From: Chamaesiphon sp.
GTDB lineage: Bacteria > Cyanobacteriota > Cyanobacteriia > Cyanobacteriales > Chamaesiphonaceae
Reading direction: 5' to 3'
DNA length: 64,000 nt
Assembly (NCBI GenBank): GCA_965246715.1
Contig: CBDFFH010000020.1
Coordinates: 96,001-160,000 of the forward strand
Part shown: one piece after another, positions 19,172 to 29,689 of the stretch
Position numbering within the stretch: position 1 is the first letter of the stretch
Layout of the letters: the number at the start of each line of letters is the position of its first letter
The notes under the pieces: generated by a model
Seen by the model: only the letters and a program-made list of their open reading frames with translations
Database searches by the model: none
Told to the model about the DNA's origin: nothing
Translations under genes and position numbers: made by a program

Positions 19172-20290
19172 CTAACCGAAGGTCGCAGTTACAACAGATG
19201 AAATCGTGCTGATATCCGCCCGATCGATGGCTCTCGCCAGACCAGTAATATTACACATACAGGTTTCACAGTCCATCTCATCGCGGAGAATGCACTTACC
19301 AACGCTGTCACCATTGAAGTTCAAGCTCTCAACTCGGTTAGCCACCGAGCAGTCTGCGGGACTGTGAATGATATGCTCTTCGTCAAACAGAAACTCATTC
19401 ACCGTCGGCTGATTGAAGGGGAATAATTGCCAGCCATACTTCTGAGCTGCTGCCACGATCGCCTGCTTGAGCTGTTGACGCTCGATCGGTGTAAATGCCA
19501 CCGGATCGGTTTTAGAAGCTGCTGTGGTGCCAGAAACCACGATTCCGCGCAGCTTTTCGATGTTGGCAACCAGCCAGTCGATGGTTGCTGAAAATTGGTC
19601 GATCGCCGATCTGGTGAGGGTCAGATGTACATACGCACCTCGTTCAGAGCGATCGATATTCCGCGCGATCGCGGCGGTCATCCCGGTTAATTCTTTGTAG
19701 CGATGACTGGCAAAGAAGCCTAGCGGATCTCTAGCTTGATTATGAGCATCTGGCAACCCATCCAGGCTCACGAAGACGCTGACCGATCGCGGCAATGATG
19801 GCAGCTTAATCGAGCCATTTGTTACTACCCAGACTACTGGAAATAATGCGGCGGCTTGCTCGATCGCTTTGGGTGCGAGTGCAGGTTCTCCGCCCACCAG
19901 CGTGACATGAACGATGCCTTGCTTTTGCAGCCGCTCTAACGTTTCAAATACTTGTGCTTCTTTACGTTCGTGGTCTGGTTTTGATAGCTGTAAGTATCCC
20001 TGTACCCGATCGTGTTGCGTCCATTCTGGTGGGTAAACATAGCAATAGTGACATCCCGCATTACAGCGATCGGTAATTTCGATCGATGCGGCAAATTTGG
20101 TGCTGCTACCCCGCAGTAGATGTGATGCCACAGTTGCGGTTGCCTGCGCGATCGTTACGGTGCGCTGAAGCTTCTCGGTGAGAGAATAAGGCGGTTGATA
20201 AGGCACGAATGTGGGGGTAGACATTTTCATTAAAAATGAAGTGCTATCACCTATCGTAGAACATAAGTTATTTTCACGGTCGTTATCCAT
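19172..20290 (-). CDS. Radical SAM protein with a C-terminal Cys-rich (Twitch/SPASM-like) region
   Basis: ITDRCNAGCHYCY, VGGEP, VTNG, VSLDG; C-terminal C..KCIL..DCETCMC; true start may be near 20229. Confidence 0.88.
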   Translation of the reverse strand: MDNDRENNLCSTIGDSTSFLMKMSTPTFVPYQPPYSLTEKLQRTVTIAQATATVASHLLRGSSTKFAASIEITDRCNAGCHYCYVYPPEWTQHDRVQGYLQLSKPDHERKEAQVFETLERLQKQGIVHVTLVGGEPALAPKAIEQAAALFPVVWVVTNGSIKLPSLPRSVSVFVSLDGLPDAHNQARDPLGFFASHRYKELTGMTAAIARNIDRSERGAYVHLTLTRSAIDQFSATIDWLVANIEKLRGIVVSGTTAASKTDPVAFTPIERQQLKQAIVAAAQKYGWQLFPFNQPTVNEFLFDEEHIIHSPADCSVANRVESLNFNGDSVGKCILRDEMDCETCMCNITGLARAIDRADISTISSVVTATFG

Positions 20291-20449
20291 TGATGCTCAT
20301 GGTAAAATTACATGGAGGAAGGTTTAGATCGCTAATAGAGTAGGAAATTTTATTTTCTACGTTCAAAAATCTCGTTCAAGATCGAATACTTGTATAGCTT
20401 AAAGCTAAAATATTATTCACCCAAGAGCGTAGATTTAACAGCTTAGAAG

Positions 20450-21080
20450 TTATGGGGAAAAGTTCCGCCAGACAAGTAGAAGGTGTTAACGGCCTTTGAA
20501 ACAACTAAGGTCGAAATAGTCTAAGTTTTATGAGAGGCATCAAGCCAGAGCGTTCTTTTCTTATTAACCACTTACAGGTTGTAAACTTCTCTAATTTTGG
20601 TGAGAAATTAGAAGAGGGAGCGGAAGACCATTTATCTATAGTTCGGTCATATTTGTCTCCCCTTTTGACAATAGATTCATCTATAGGCTCAATTCTCATC
20701 AGGCTCTAACTATTAAAAACTCATTTCACATTGTCCTGTGACGTGGCGGCGTTCTTACCCCTTTGCCTGGTGAGCGACTACCATTTAAAGGTCGTAGGTG
20801 CGGAGAATCAATCTGTTAATTCAAGTGGCATTACTGCTACTTGAATTAGTGAGTTTAGCCAATTTCTTCCGAGAGATCGGGGAGATTTTAGTAACTCAGA
20901 GAATCACTAGTAGCGGAAGGTTTTATAGGATATTAATAGATATTACTCTAGTTGTGGAAGCTGCCAGAGGCTATCGAACTAATGAATGCCTTGGTGATAA
21001 AGTCTCTTCGAGACAACTCGTTTAGCCCTTTAGAGTTATGTCAGTAATGTCATGATAATATCTAATGTCCAGATATCGAT
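20450..21080 (+). ncRNA. Candidate large structured non-coding RNA or leader (boundaries approximate)
   Basis: Long intergenic with serial hairpins containing G-U pairs valid only on the + strand, a GAGA tetraloop and a 3' ATRTC repeat tract. Confidence 0.45.
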
Positions 21081-21116
21081 CGATACCTTTCTCTTTCAAC
21101 CTCAAATTAATTACTG

Positions 21117-21845
21117 ATGGTACAAACTACATTTACAAAGCAGAAAAGGGAACTCGAAAAAGCAGTAGCTTGGATCGAAAAAATTCGCGCTCAAGAAGTG
21201 CGCCAGCGTCGTTATAACGATCGCGATGAATTAGAAGAAGAAATTAGAGAAGCCTATGTAGATCATTCACCCGAAGAAATTGCCCATAAAGCGATCGAGA
21301 TTGTGCGTGAAGTAGTGAGTCAACACGCTGCTCGTCAACAAGCTAATTCAGCAAATCGTGGAACTTTTGCCTGGAGTGGTATTAATGTTGAACTAACCGT
21401 CCCCCAATTACGCACGCTTCAAAGTGCCCATGTGATATTTAGCGAACTGGTTAGAAAATTGCCGCGTCGTAATCCTAAATTAGTATACAATACTTCGATC
21501 GACAATCGCCCAGCATTCGCTCATATCAAGCAGAGACACGAAAAAACAGAAATTCGATATACTCCCTACGAAGAAGAAGCAAGTAATCGAATTCGCACCT
21601 ATGAAGAAAAGCATCAAGTTATCAGTCACTATACACAAAAAATAGAAATTGACTACGGGTTGGAAATCAAAAAGTTAACAGAATTAAATGAGATGGTGGA
21701 CGATCTCGGTACTGCCATTCAAATTGCAATCGATGAAGCTAATACGAAAGGACGTAGCAACGACCCACTTATCGATGATTTAATTCAGAGAATTGGATCG
21801 GTATTACTAGAGAAATTACCTTTAGATTCCTCGATCGATCCTTAA
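21117..21845 (+). CDS. Hypothetical protein, helical/coiled-coil with a central beta-rich segment
   Basis: 242-aa ORF; charged N- and C-terminal helices (..DLGTAIQIAIDEANTK); no enzyme motif recognised. Confidence 0.75.
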   Translation: MVQTTFTKQKRELEKAVAWIEKIRAQEVRQRRYNDRDELEEEIREAYVDHSPEEIAHKAIEIVREVVSQHAARQQANSANRGTFAWSGINVELTVPQLRTLQSAHVIFSELVRKLPRRNPKLVYNTSIDNRPAFAHIKQRHEKTEIRYTPYEEEASNRIRTYEEKHQVISHYTQKIEIDYGLEIKKLTELNEMVDDLGTAIQIAIDEANTKGRSNDPLIDDLIQRIGSVLLEKLPLDSSIDP

Positions 21846-22469
21846 ATGAAAACTCCATCGATTCAATTATCTCTAGCAGGAGATCGACGATTGATTCGTC
21901 TTACTCAAGCAACAGCAATAATTGCTTATCATCAATTTTCTAGTGTTAATCCTAGATATTTGATGGGAAAAATAAGATCTTTCAATAGTAAAGATCGCCT
22001 TTTGTACAATCTATGGAATTCCTCCTACTTTACTATCCTAGATCGGCAAGATATTAGAACTATCGAATCCGAATTAAATCGGCAAATTATCGATAATAGC
22101 TTGTGCTTAGTGGAAAATGAAGGTAAATTATTTGATGGCAATACAAATGCAGTAGATATTTGTAAAGGCTCTATCCCTAGTAGTTATATCTTCCGTTATG
22201 GCATGAAGTTTACGGTAGAACCCATTGTCAAAAGCAAAATGCTTGGCATGAAAAATCTAGATCTATTTTGGCAAGATCGAGATTTTAATTTTCACTATGT
22301 TCGTTATTGTGGTTTACTATCCTCTCCCCGCCAACAGCAGGTAAAATTACGATTTTGCCATCCTCTAGACTTGTTGAAAATCTGGACTTGTACTGTAGCT
22401 GAGTTTCAACCTCGACAAATTCTGATGATTCAAAAAATCTATCCATGCAAAGGATTCTACTTGAAATAG
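21846..22469 (+). CDS. Hypothetical protein, directly abutting the upstream gene
   Basis: 207-aa ORF starting immediately after the TAA (TAAATG). Confidence 0.65.
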   Translation: MKTPSIQLSLAGDRRLIRLTQATAIIAYHQFSSVNPRYLMGKIRSFNSKDRLLYNLWNSSYFTILDRQDIRTIESELNRQIIDNSLCLVENEGKLFDGNTNAVDICKGSIPSSYIFRYGMKFTVEPIVKSKMLGMKNLDLFWQDRDFNFHYVRYCGLLSSPRQQQVKLRFCHPLDLLKIWTCTVAEFQPRQILMIQKIYPCKGFYLK

Positions 22470-22506
22470 ATTGAGTACTACAACTCTCGATCGAGATTCC
22501 GTAGAT

Positions 22507-25500
22507 CTATGTTTGGACGGCTCCTAATCCAGTCAGAGTGGCTTGCTGCGCGATCGTCAATCCTGTTGCACCCTGAATATTCATGCCCTCATACAATCGA
22601 TCGGCTCTGAGGGTTTTGAGACACTCACCCGTGCTGACATCCCACAGTTTAATCGTCTCATCCTGACTCCCACTCGCCAGCATCCGACCATCTGGGCTAA
22701 AGCTGAGGGAATAAATAGAGCCAATGTGTCCCTGCAATATATGTAGGCAGCGACCATCTCGCACGTTCCATAAGCGAATCGAACCATCGAAACTACTGCT
22801 GGCAAGAGTTTGACCGTCAGGGCTAAATCTCACCGACCAGATACTACCCACATGACCGTTGAGGACATGTATGCAGAGATCGCTAGACAGATCCCAGAGC
22901 CTCACCTCCCCGTCAAAATGTCCGCTGGCGATGAGGCGATTGTTTGGACTGAATCGGACAGAATAGATGCCACTGGGCGTATCTAGTACCTTGATACACC
23001 GACCGTCTGACACGTTCCATAGTCGCACGGTGGTATCTTGACTACCGCTGGCAAGCGTTTTTCCATCTGGACTGAAGCTAGCCGACCAAATCCAACCAGT
23101 ATGACCCGCTAAAACTTGCAAACACCGACCATCTGACACGTTCCAGAGTCGCACGGTGGTGTCTTGACTGCTGCTGGCAAGCATTTTTCCGTCTGGACTG
23201 AAATTGGTCGAATAAATACCACCGTCATGACCTGGCAATACATGTAAGCACCGACCATCTGCCACATGCCACAGTCGCACGGTTTGGTCGTTACTGCCAC
23301 TGGCTAAAATCTGACGATGAGGATTCCAGCTCACCGTCCAGACCCAATCAGTATGACCTGTCAACACTTTGAGGCATCGATCTCGATCCCACAGCCGAAT
23401 CGAACAGTCTAAGCTGCCACTCGCAAGCATCTGACCATCAGGGCTGAAACTCACTGAGTGAATGCCACCTGAATTTCCCTGGAGGACTCTGAGGCACCGA
23501 CCGTCTGCCACATTCCACAGGCGAACGGATAGATCGTTGCTGCCACTAGCGAGGATCTGACCGTCGGGGCTAAAGCAGACCGTCCACACCCAGCTCGAAC
23601 CATCATGCAGAATATCGATACATCGATCGCTGAAAATATCCCACAACCGAATCGAGCCATCCCAACTGCCACTAGCGAGGATCTGACCGTTGGGACTAAA
23701 GCTCACCGAGTAAACCCAGCCAGTGTGACCCAGGAAGGTCTTGATACATTGCCCAGCGGCGACATCCCACAGCCGCACCGAACCATCCGCACCGCCGCTA
23801 GCGAGGATCTGACCGTCAGGACTAAAACTGACCGAGATGACTCCACCCTCATGCCCCAGCAAGGTCTTAATACATTGCCCAGAGGCGACATCCCACAGGC
23901 GAATGGTCGCATCATCACCACCACTAGCGATCGTTTGACTGATGCCGGAGTTAACACCAACAGGACTCAAGCTCATCGTCCACACCCACCCAGTATGCCC
24001 CAACAAGGTGTTGATACATCGACCGGAAGCAACATCCCACACTCGCACGATCGCATCATCGCCGCAACTGGCAAGGGTGCGACCATCATGGCTAAAATTA
24101 ACCGCTCGCACGCCATTCGTCTGTCCCTGGAAGGTTTTCAGACACCGACCGGAGGCGAGATCCCATAAGTGAATGGCCGAGTCCTCACTGCCACTGACTA
24201 GCATCTGACCGCTCGCCGACGGCAGATCGACCCCAACGGGGCTGAAGTTGACCGAGTAGACCCAACTGCGATGCCCTTGCAGTGTCAAAAGCTGTTTGCC
24301 ATCTACCACCTGCCACAAGCGGATCTTACCATCGGCATCGCCTGTAACCAATCGATCGCCATCGGGACTAAAAGCTAATGAAGTAACGCAACTGAAAGTC
24401 TCGGCAAACACCGATTTGGCAAGATCGGTATTGCGAAGATTTACTCCTACCAAGTTGGCTTGGCGTAGGTCGGCTTGCCATAAAGATAGTTCGGAAAAGT
24501 CCCAGCCACGTAAATCGGCTTGTAAATGGATGAGGAGGTTGAGGAGGTTTCCGGCCAGATAATTCGACTGAGGTGCTTGTTGTTGCCGCTCCAGCATGGC
24601 TTTCAACTGCTGTTCGATCGCTTGAGGATGCCCGAACTGAAGCGTTAAATCTTCAACGATCGATCTCCCGATTAACCGCTCTTGCATCTGGCGGATGTAG
24701 TCTTTTGCCTGAGCTTTGACGCTCGCGTGCAGCTTTAATTGTGTTGGTGTTTGCGTGGTAATTTCTGCAACGATACAGCGGACGAATCGATCGGTAATAT
24801 ATTCCAACACTACAGGCTGAAGCGAGAACCGTTCGGCTTCTTTTTCGATTAACGATCGCCGCAACAACGACTGAATCGTATTTGGGAGTTGACGTTTGGA
24901 GGTAGTAGTGAGAAGGTCTTCACTTAATTCAAACAATGAAACAGGCTCGCGGTTAATCGCCAACCAAAAGATAATTTCCCGTTCGAGTTCCGACAATCGC
25001 TCGAATTGTCGCTCAAGTAGGTCTCGAATGTCATCAAAGATCAACATCCCCTGTCCGACATAATTTAAAACCTCGATAATTCTGCCATTAAACAGTTCTT
25101 GAGTTGTCGCTGCTACCAGCTTTAGTGCCAAGGGATTGCCACCATAATGAGCGATTAAAGTTTCCCATTCAGATTCTGTCCCCGTAAATTTTCCTTGATA
25201 CCGAAACAGTTCTCTGCCTGTTTCTGAGTTAAGTCCCTTGAGCAATAATGTTTTTACCGATCGATCCGCACCTTCGAGCGGCACGATCTCTTTAGGCTTT
25301 TCGCGGCTGGTAAGTAACAAACAACTCTGATGAGCTACCTCGCCAATCTCCTTGAATAGTTGCCCGTAGCCTTCATAACCCGATCGATATTGTCCGGTTT
25401 GTCCGGCACTGAGGATCGTCTCAGCATTGTCTAGAATCAGCAGACAGCGCGAGGATCGTAAGCCCTCCATCAGCTTAACCATTCTGGCATCTAAGCTGTT

Positions 25501-26124
25501 GGGTAGTGCGATATCCTCTCCGAGTGCCCGCAATAACAAGGGCAGTACGCTCTCTAACCACTCTTCAAACGGTGGGGCGTTTTGGAGCGATCTCCATACC
25601 ACTACCTCAAACTCCGATCCAATTTCCCGTATCAGTTTCGCGGCTAATGTGCTTTTGCCCATCCCACCAATTCCCAGAAGTAGGACTAGACGACACTGTT
25701 CCTCTATTACCCATCGCTTGAGCTGCATGATGTCTTCATGCCGTCCACAGAAGATCGAAGTATCGATAATAGCGTTTCCACAATCTGTCTGGGGTTGATG
25801 CGATCGATTTTCATGCTGGGAGGCTTCGCCAACGATTATCTCCTCATCATTATTTGGTCGAGTATAATCGCTTTTGCTTAACTCCAATCCAAAGGCGCGG
25901 AATGCCCACTGTAATGATTGCTTATCTACAGGTTCCGATCGTCCTAACAGTTTGGCGATCGTATTGAGGGATAATCCCATCCGTTCGCTGAGTTCTTCGA
26001 GCGTAAATCGATCTCCGGCATTCTCAGCCAACTCCGCCCGTACTTTTGCCGTTTGAAATTTGTCCCAACCCTGCGCTGTCAGAATGACTCCTCTGTAGCG
26101 TTTAGCTTTTTGTAGTTGCATCAA
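22507..26124 (-). CDS. STAND protein: N-terminal HTH-like, NB-ARC/NACHT NTPase, pentapeptide repeats and about 14 WD40 repeats
   Basis: GIGGMGKS Walker A, LLILDNAE Walker [15 protein letters not shown], repeated GH..VxSVxFSPDG..LASGS.D..IRLWD. Confidence 0.93.
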   Translation of the reverse strand: MMQLQKAKRYRGVILTAQGWDKFQTAKVRAELAENAGDRFTLEELSERMGLSLNTIAKLLGRSEPVDKQSLQWAFRAFGLELSKSDYTRPNNDEEIIVGEASQHENRSHQPQTDCGNAIIDTSIFCGRHEDIMQLKRWVIEEQCRLVLLLGIGGMGKSTLAAKLIREIGSEFEVVVWRSLQNAPPFEEWLESVLPLLLRALGEDIALPNSLDARMVKLMEGLRSSRCLLILDNAETILSAGQTGQYRSGYEGYGQLFKEIGEVAHQSCLLLTSREKPKEIVPLEGADRSVKTLLLKGLNSETGRELFRYQGKFTGTESEWETLIAHYGGNPLALKLVAATTQELFNGRIIEVLNYVGQGMLIFDDIRDLLERQFERLSELEREIIFWLAINREPVSLFELSEDLLTTTSKRQLPNTIQSLLRRSLIEKEAERFSLQPVVLEYITDRFVRCIVAEITTQTPTQLKLHASVKAQAKDYIRQMQERLIGRSIVEDLTLQFGHPQAIEQQLKAMLERQQQAPQSNYLAGNLLNLLIHLQADLRGWDFSELSLWQADLRQANLVGVNLRNTDLAKSVFAETFSCVTSLAFSPDGDRLVTGDADGKIRLWQVVDGKQLLTLQGHRSWVYSVNFSPVGVDLPSASGQMLVSGSEDSAIHLWDLASGRCLKTFQGQTNGVRAVNFSHDGRTLASCGDDAIVRVWDVASGRCINTLLGHTGWVWTMSLSPVGVNSGISQTIASGGDDATIRLWDVASGQCIKTLLGHEGGVISVSFSPDGQILASGGADGSVRLWDVAAGQCIKTFLGHTGWVYSVSFSPNGQILASGSWDGSIRLWDIFSDRCIDILHDGSSWVWTVCFSPDGQILASGSNDLSVRLWNVADGRCLRVLQGNSGGIHSVSFSPDGQMLASGSLDCSIRLWDRDRCLKVLTGHTDWVWTVSWNPHRQILASGSNDQTVRLWHVADGRCLHVLPGHDGGIYSTNFSPDGKMLASSSQDTTVRLWNVSDGRCLQVLAGHTGWIWSASFSPDGKTLASGSQDTTVRLWNVSDGRCIKVLDTPSGIYSVRFSPNNRLIASGHFDGEVRLWDLSSDLCIHVLNGHVGSIWSVRFSPDGQTLASSSFDGSIRLWNVRDGRCLHILQGHIGSIYSLSFSPDGRMLASGSQDETIKLWDVSTGECLKTLRADRLYEGMNIQGATGLTIAQQATLTGLGAVQT
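24213..24236 (-). mobile_element. Degenerate 24-nt micro-element in a WD40 loop (VGVDLPSA insert)
   Basis: 8-aa extra segment in FSP[..]GQML; starts cg|TTGG, second hairpin partly retained. Confidence 0.45.
25809..25832 (-). mobile_element. 24-nt double-hairpin micro-element (in frame, VGEASQHEN)
   Basis: cg|TT GGC-gaa-GCC TCCCA-gca-TGAAA|atcg; second stem imperfect. Confidence 0.85.
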
Positions 26125-26333
26125 GTCACCCAGAACGAGGACATTGCCTATCTAAAGTATAGATGCTCGACCCTCAAAACAAAGCTTAACTTGAGCTTAT
26201 CTTCACACCTATCTTGGGAAACTTGACTGGTTTAAATTAGGCAAATGCTCAAAACTAAGCATAGTTCGCATTAAATCATTAATCGATCGCCTGATTCGGA
26301 TCGACTTAGTAGAAATAACGATCGATCGAAGCT

Positions 26334-26360
26334 TGTCACAAGAAACAATGGTGTTTCGTC
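26334..26360 (+). promoter_or_regulatory. ECF41 sigma target promoter
   Basis: Exact TGTCACA-N16-CGTC, 35 nt upstream of the nitroreductase ATG; ECF41 gene lies downstream on the same strand. Confidence 0.8.
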
Positions 26361-26395
26361 TTATTTTATAGAATGCTTGAGAGGGTTCTTTGAAT

Positions 26396-27004
26396 ATGAA
26401 TGAAAAGAAAGCGTTAACAGACCACCCGATTCATGAATTTCTAGCAGAACGCTGGAGTCCTTATGCCTTTAAGGATCGATCTGTTTCTCAGTCCGATCTG
26501 TGCTCGTTATTCGAGGCGGCGCGGTGGTCAGCATCATCCTACAACGAGCAACCTTGGAGTTATATCGTCGCCACCAAGGAAAATCCCGACCAGTTTCAAC
26601 AACTGCTATCTTGCTTAGTCGAAGGAAATCAATTTTGGGCAAAAGATGCTCCAGTGCTAGCTCTGGGCATTGCCAGCCACAAATTTGCGCGGAATGGCGA
26701 AGATAATCGATCGGCTATTCACGACCTCGGACTTGCCACTGGCAATTTAGTCTTAGAAGCGACCGCACGAGAGCTTTGCGTCCATCAAATGATTGGCATC
26801 TTACCTGAGAAAGCCCGCGAAATCTTCGATATACCTACAGATTCTGAGGCATGGACGGGGATCGCGATTGGTTATCGAGGCGATCCGATGACACTGCCAG
26901 ATGCCCTCAAAGAGCGCGATTTAGCACCAAGACAACGGAAGCCGCTAGCACAATTTGTATTTACTGGGAAATGGGGTAAGGCATCAACATTGGTGTTGAA
27001 GTAA
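26396..27004 (+). CDS. Nitroreductase family protein
   Basis: ERWSPYAF, LFEAARWSASSYNEQPW, VHQMIG. Confidence 0.9.
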   Translation: MNEKKALTDHPIHEFLAERWSPYAFKDRSVSQSDLCSLFEAARWSASSYNEQPWSYIVATKENPDQFQQLLSCLVEGNQFWAKDAPVLALGIASHKFARNGEDNRSAIHDLGLATGNLVLEATARELCVHQMIGILPEKAREIFDIPTDSEAWTGIAIGYRGDPMTLPDALKERDLAPRQRKPLAQFVFTGKWGKASTLVLK

Positions 27005-27188
27005 TTATCTCTAAACAGACTAATTCAACAGGAGGGAAATAATCAAATTAACTCTCTAGAAATTGTCAATCGAGCTTATATTTACCTAAATAAAAAAGAT
27101 ATCCCTAATTACTTTTCATTTTGGAAGTTTAGATCGACACAAATGTGATGAATGCGGCACTAACCCCAACTTAATCGGAGGTTTGCAG

Positions 27189-28124
27189 ATGAAGATTTTT
27201 GTAGCAGGCGCGACGGGCGCGATCGGTCGTCCGCTCATTGTCGAATTATTGAAGCACGGATATCAAGTATCTGCGCTCACCCGTTCGCTAGCAAAGGCAC
27301 GAAGTTTAACCGAATTAGGCGTGGAACCAGCGATCGCTGATGTCTTCGATCCAGCAGCAGTCGGAACTGCAATCGCCCACATTCAGCCAGAGGTAGTCAT
27401 CGAACAACTCACCGCTCTGCCCAAAACCTATACTGGCGAGTCGATGAGTGCAGCCGCAGCCTTGAATGCACGCATCCGGCTCGAAGGTGGGGGTAATGTA
27501 TTGGCAGCAGCACAAGCGCATGGCGTGCGGCGTTATTTGAGACAGTCTATTGCCTTCTGGGGAAGTCCTGGCGCAGGGTTGGCAGATGAAGCAACACCTT
27601 TAGCCATAGCAGCTTCGCCCGCAGTTGCAGCAGATGCTCGCACGGTGACTGAAATCGAGCACCGACTGCTCAAAATTCCCCATCTCGAAGGGATCGTCCT
27701 CCGCTATGGCTTCTTGTACGGTTCTGGTACTTGGTTTTCTCCCGATGGCGATGTTGCCGCCCAAGTGCGACAGCAACAGTTCCCGATCGTGGGGAATGGG
27801 GCAGGCGTGTGGTCGTGGGTTCACATTGAGGATGCGGCGATCGCTACGGTTGCAGCAGTAGAACGAGGTAATCCAGGCATTTACCTCATCGCGGACGATC
27901 GCCCCTTGGCAGTACGCGAATGGCTGCCAGCTTTTGCCCGATCGATTCAGGCACCCCCACCGCCCCAAGTATCGGTTGAGGCTGTGCTGCAAATCGGTGG
28001 TGCGGATGCTGTTTATTACGGTACTCAGATGCGCGGGGTATCGAATGCCAAGGCAAAACGCGAACTTAATTTTCAGCCGAGATCGTTGGCATGGTTAGAA
28101 ACTGCCGCTGTCTGTAACATTTAA
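27189..28124 (+). CDS. NAD-dependent epimerase/dehydratase
   Basis: VAGATGAIG, VIEQLT, LRYGFLYG, SWVHIEDAA, SNAKAKREL. Confidence 0.88.
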   Translation: MKIFVAGATGAIGRPLIVELLKHGYQVSALTRSLAKARSLTELGVEPAIADVFDPAAVGTAIAHIQPEVVIEQLTALPKTYTGESMSAAAALNARIRLEGGGNVLAAAQAHGVRRYLRQSIAFWGSPGAGLADEATPLAIAASPAVAADARTVTEIEHRLLKIPHLEGIVLRYGFLYGSGTWFSPDGDVAAQVRQQQFPIVGNGAGVWSWVHIEDAAIATVAAVERGNPGIYLIADDRPLAVREWLPAFARSIQAPPPPQVSVEAVLQIGGADAVYYGTQMRGVSNAKAKRELNFQPRSLAWLETAAVCNI

Positions 28125-28224
28125 CCGATCGATATTTCAACCTGATTCAATCGCAGCCGTGAGGCAGCGGCGAAGCACGTCTCATTTCTCGACAGTTGAG
28201 GTTTATCGCTCAGGACGAACAAAG

Positions 28225-28632
28225 ATGAAGATTGCTATCTACGGAACCACGATCGTCGTCATCCACGCGATCGTCAACGGACTACATGGTCTATCACATG
28301 CGGAAATTCCCGTTCCTCTCTCTCTGCTTCAGAGTCTATTTGTCGGGATTGCGATCTTTCCGCTGCCGATCGTCGCCGCCATTTTACTGTGGACACCGTT
28401 TTACCGGATTGGTAGCTGGCTCTTACTAGTTGCAATGGCTAGCTCGCTCCTGTTCGGATTCTACAATCATTACCTGGTCGTTAGCCCAGACCATGTATCG
28501 CAAGTTTCCTTTGCAGGTTGGGGTCTACTATTCCAAGTCACCGCTTTGCTCGTATTTCTTGTGGATGGATTAGGCTGCTGGATTGGGATCTGGGCATTGA
28601 AAACAATTCAGCAACCGGAGGGTGTCGGATGA
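28225..28632 (+). CDS. Small four-TM, His-containing membrane protein
   Basis: Hydrophobic segments, HxxxxxxHxxxH and HY....PDHV; stop overlaps the sigma ATG. Confidence 0.7.
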   Translation: MKIAIYGTTIVVIHAIVNGLHGLSHAEIPVPLSLLQSLFVGIAIFPLPIVAAILLWTPFYRIGSWLLLVAMASSLLFGFYNHYLVVSPDHVSQVSFAGWGLLFQVTALLVFLVDGLGCWIGIWALKTIQQPEGVG

Positions 28633-29507
28633 ATTCTCTCGAAGATTTTAACCACCATCGTCCACTCCTGTTCTCGATCGCCTACCGAATGCTCGGCACT
28701 GTCACCGATGCTGAGGATATGGTGCAGGAAACATTTCTCCGCTGGCAACAGACGACAAGCGAAACGGTACGTTCGGCAAAGACTTATCTGACCAGCATTA
28801 TCACACACCTCTGTATCGACCACATGCGATCGGCGCGCGTGCGACGCGAACAATATGTCGGCACCTGGCTACCAGAACCGATGCTAACGCAGGAATCCGG
28901 TAATCCAGCCGATCTCATCGAATTAGCCGACTCGCTCTCGATCGCCTTTCTGATGGTACTAGAGCAGTTATCGCCGATCGAACGCGCGGTATTTCTACTC
29001 CGCGATGTATTCGATTATGACTATGACGAAATTAGTCCGATGGTTGGTAAAAGCCCCACCAACTGTCGCCAAATTCTCAAACGGGCAAAACAGCACCTCA
29101 CCGCACAACGTCCGCGTTTTCCAGTCTCACAGCAGCAGCAAGCACAGATTACAACCCAATTTTTAGATGCTTCCACCAATGGCGATTTACCAGATTTGCT
29201 ACTGTTGCTCGCCAAAGATGTAACGTTTTTGTCGGATGGCGGGGGTGAGGTTGTTGCAACTATTAAACCAATTCATGGAGCAGCAAAAATAGCACGGATG
29301 TTGTTAGCAATTCGTCGTAAATGGCTGTTTAATTCTGTGTCTCATTTAGCTGAAATTAATGGACAGGCTGGCATTGTTCGATACCTAAATGGCAATATCT
29401 ACAGCGCGACCACACTAGAAATCGTCGATGGTTATATTCACTCCATTTACTGTGTGCGAAATCCTCAAAAGCTAGAGCGGATTTACCAAGAACTATCTTT
29501 AAAGTAG
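28629..29507 (+). CDS. ECF41 (SigJ-like) RNA polymerase sigma factor with SnoaL-like C-terminus
   Basis: AYRMLG..DAEDMVQE, YVGTWLPEP, SDGGG, RNPQKL signature motifs. Confidence 0.92.
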   Translation: MNSLEDFNHHRPLLFSIAYRMLGTVTDAEDMVQETFLRWQQTTSETVRSAKTYLTSIITHLCIDHMRSARVRREQYVGTWLPEPMLTQESGNPADLIELADSLSIAFLMVLEQLSPIERAVFLLRDVFDYDYDEISPMVGKSPTNCRQILKRAKQHLTAQRPRFPVSQQQQAQITTQFLDASTNGDLPDLLLLLAKDVTFLSDGGGEVVATIKPIHGAAKIARMLLAIRRKWLFNSVSHLAEINGQAGIVRYLNGNIYSATTLEIVDGYIHSIYCVRNPQKLERIYQELSLK

Positions 29508-29689
29508 CGATCGTAATCCGTCTCAAATCGAGCCAATCGTCAGATTTTTCATCGATTTCATGCTTAGTCAAAACGAGCGATTCTATTCTCATTCTATCAC
29601 CGTTGGTGATAGCCTGCCGTTAAGCACAGCATCTACCTTAGCAGAGAAGCTACACCAACAAAATTTTATTAAACAATGAGGTTTTAATT

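Noticed and set aside
20798..21025. 75-aa ORF (and the 64-aa ORF 20505-20699) in the long intergenic region
   Set aside because: No recognisable motif or clear RBS; they overlap the hairpin-rich region and are better explained as chance ORFs.
22600..24400. Periodic repeats of about 126 bp as a possible CRISPR-like array
   Set aside because: They are in-frame WD40 coding repeats; there is no constant repeat with unique spacers and no cas gene.
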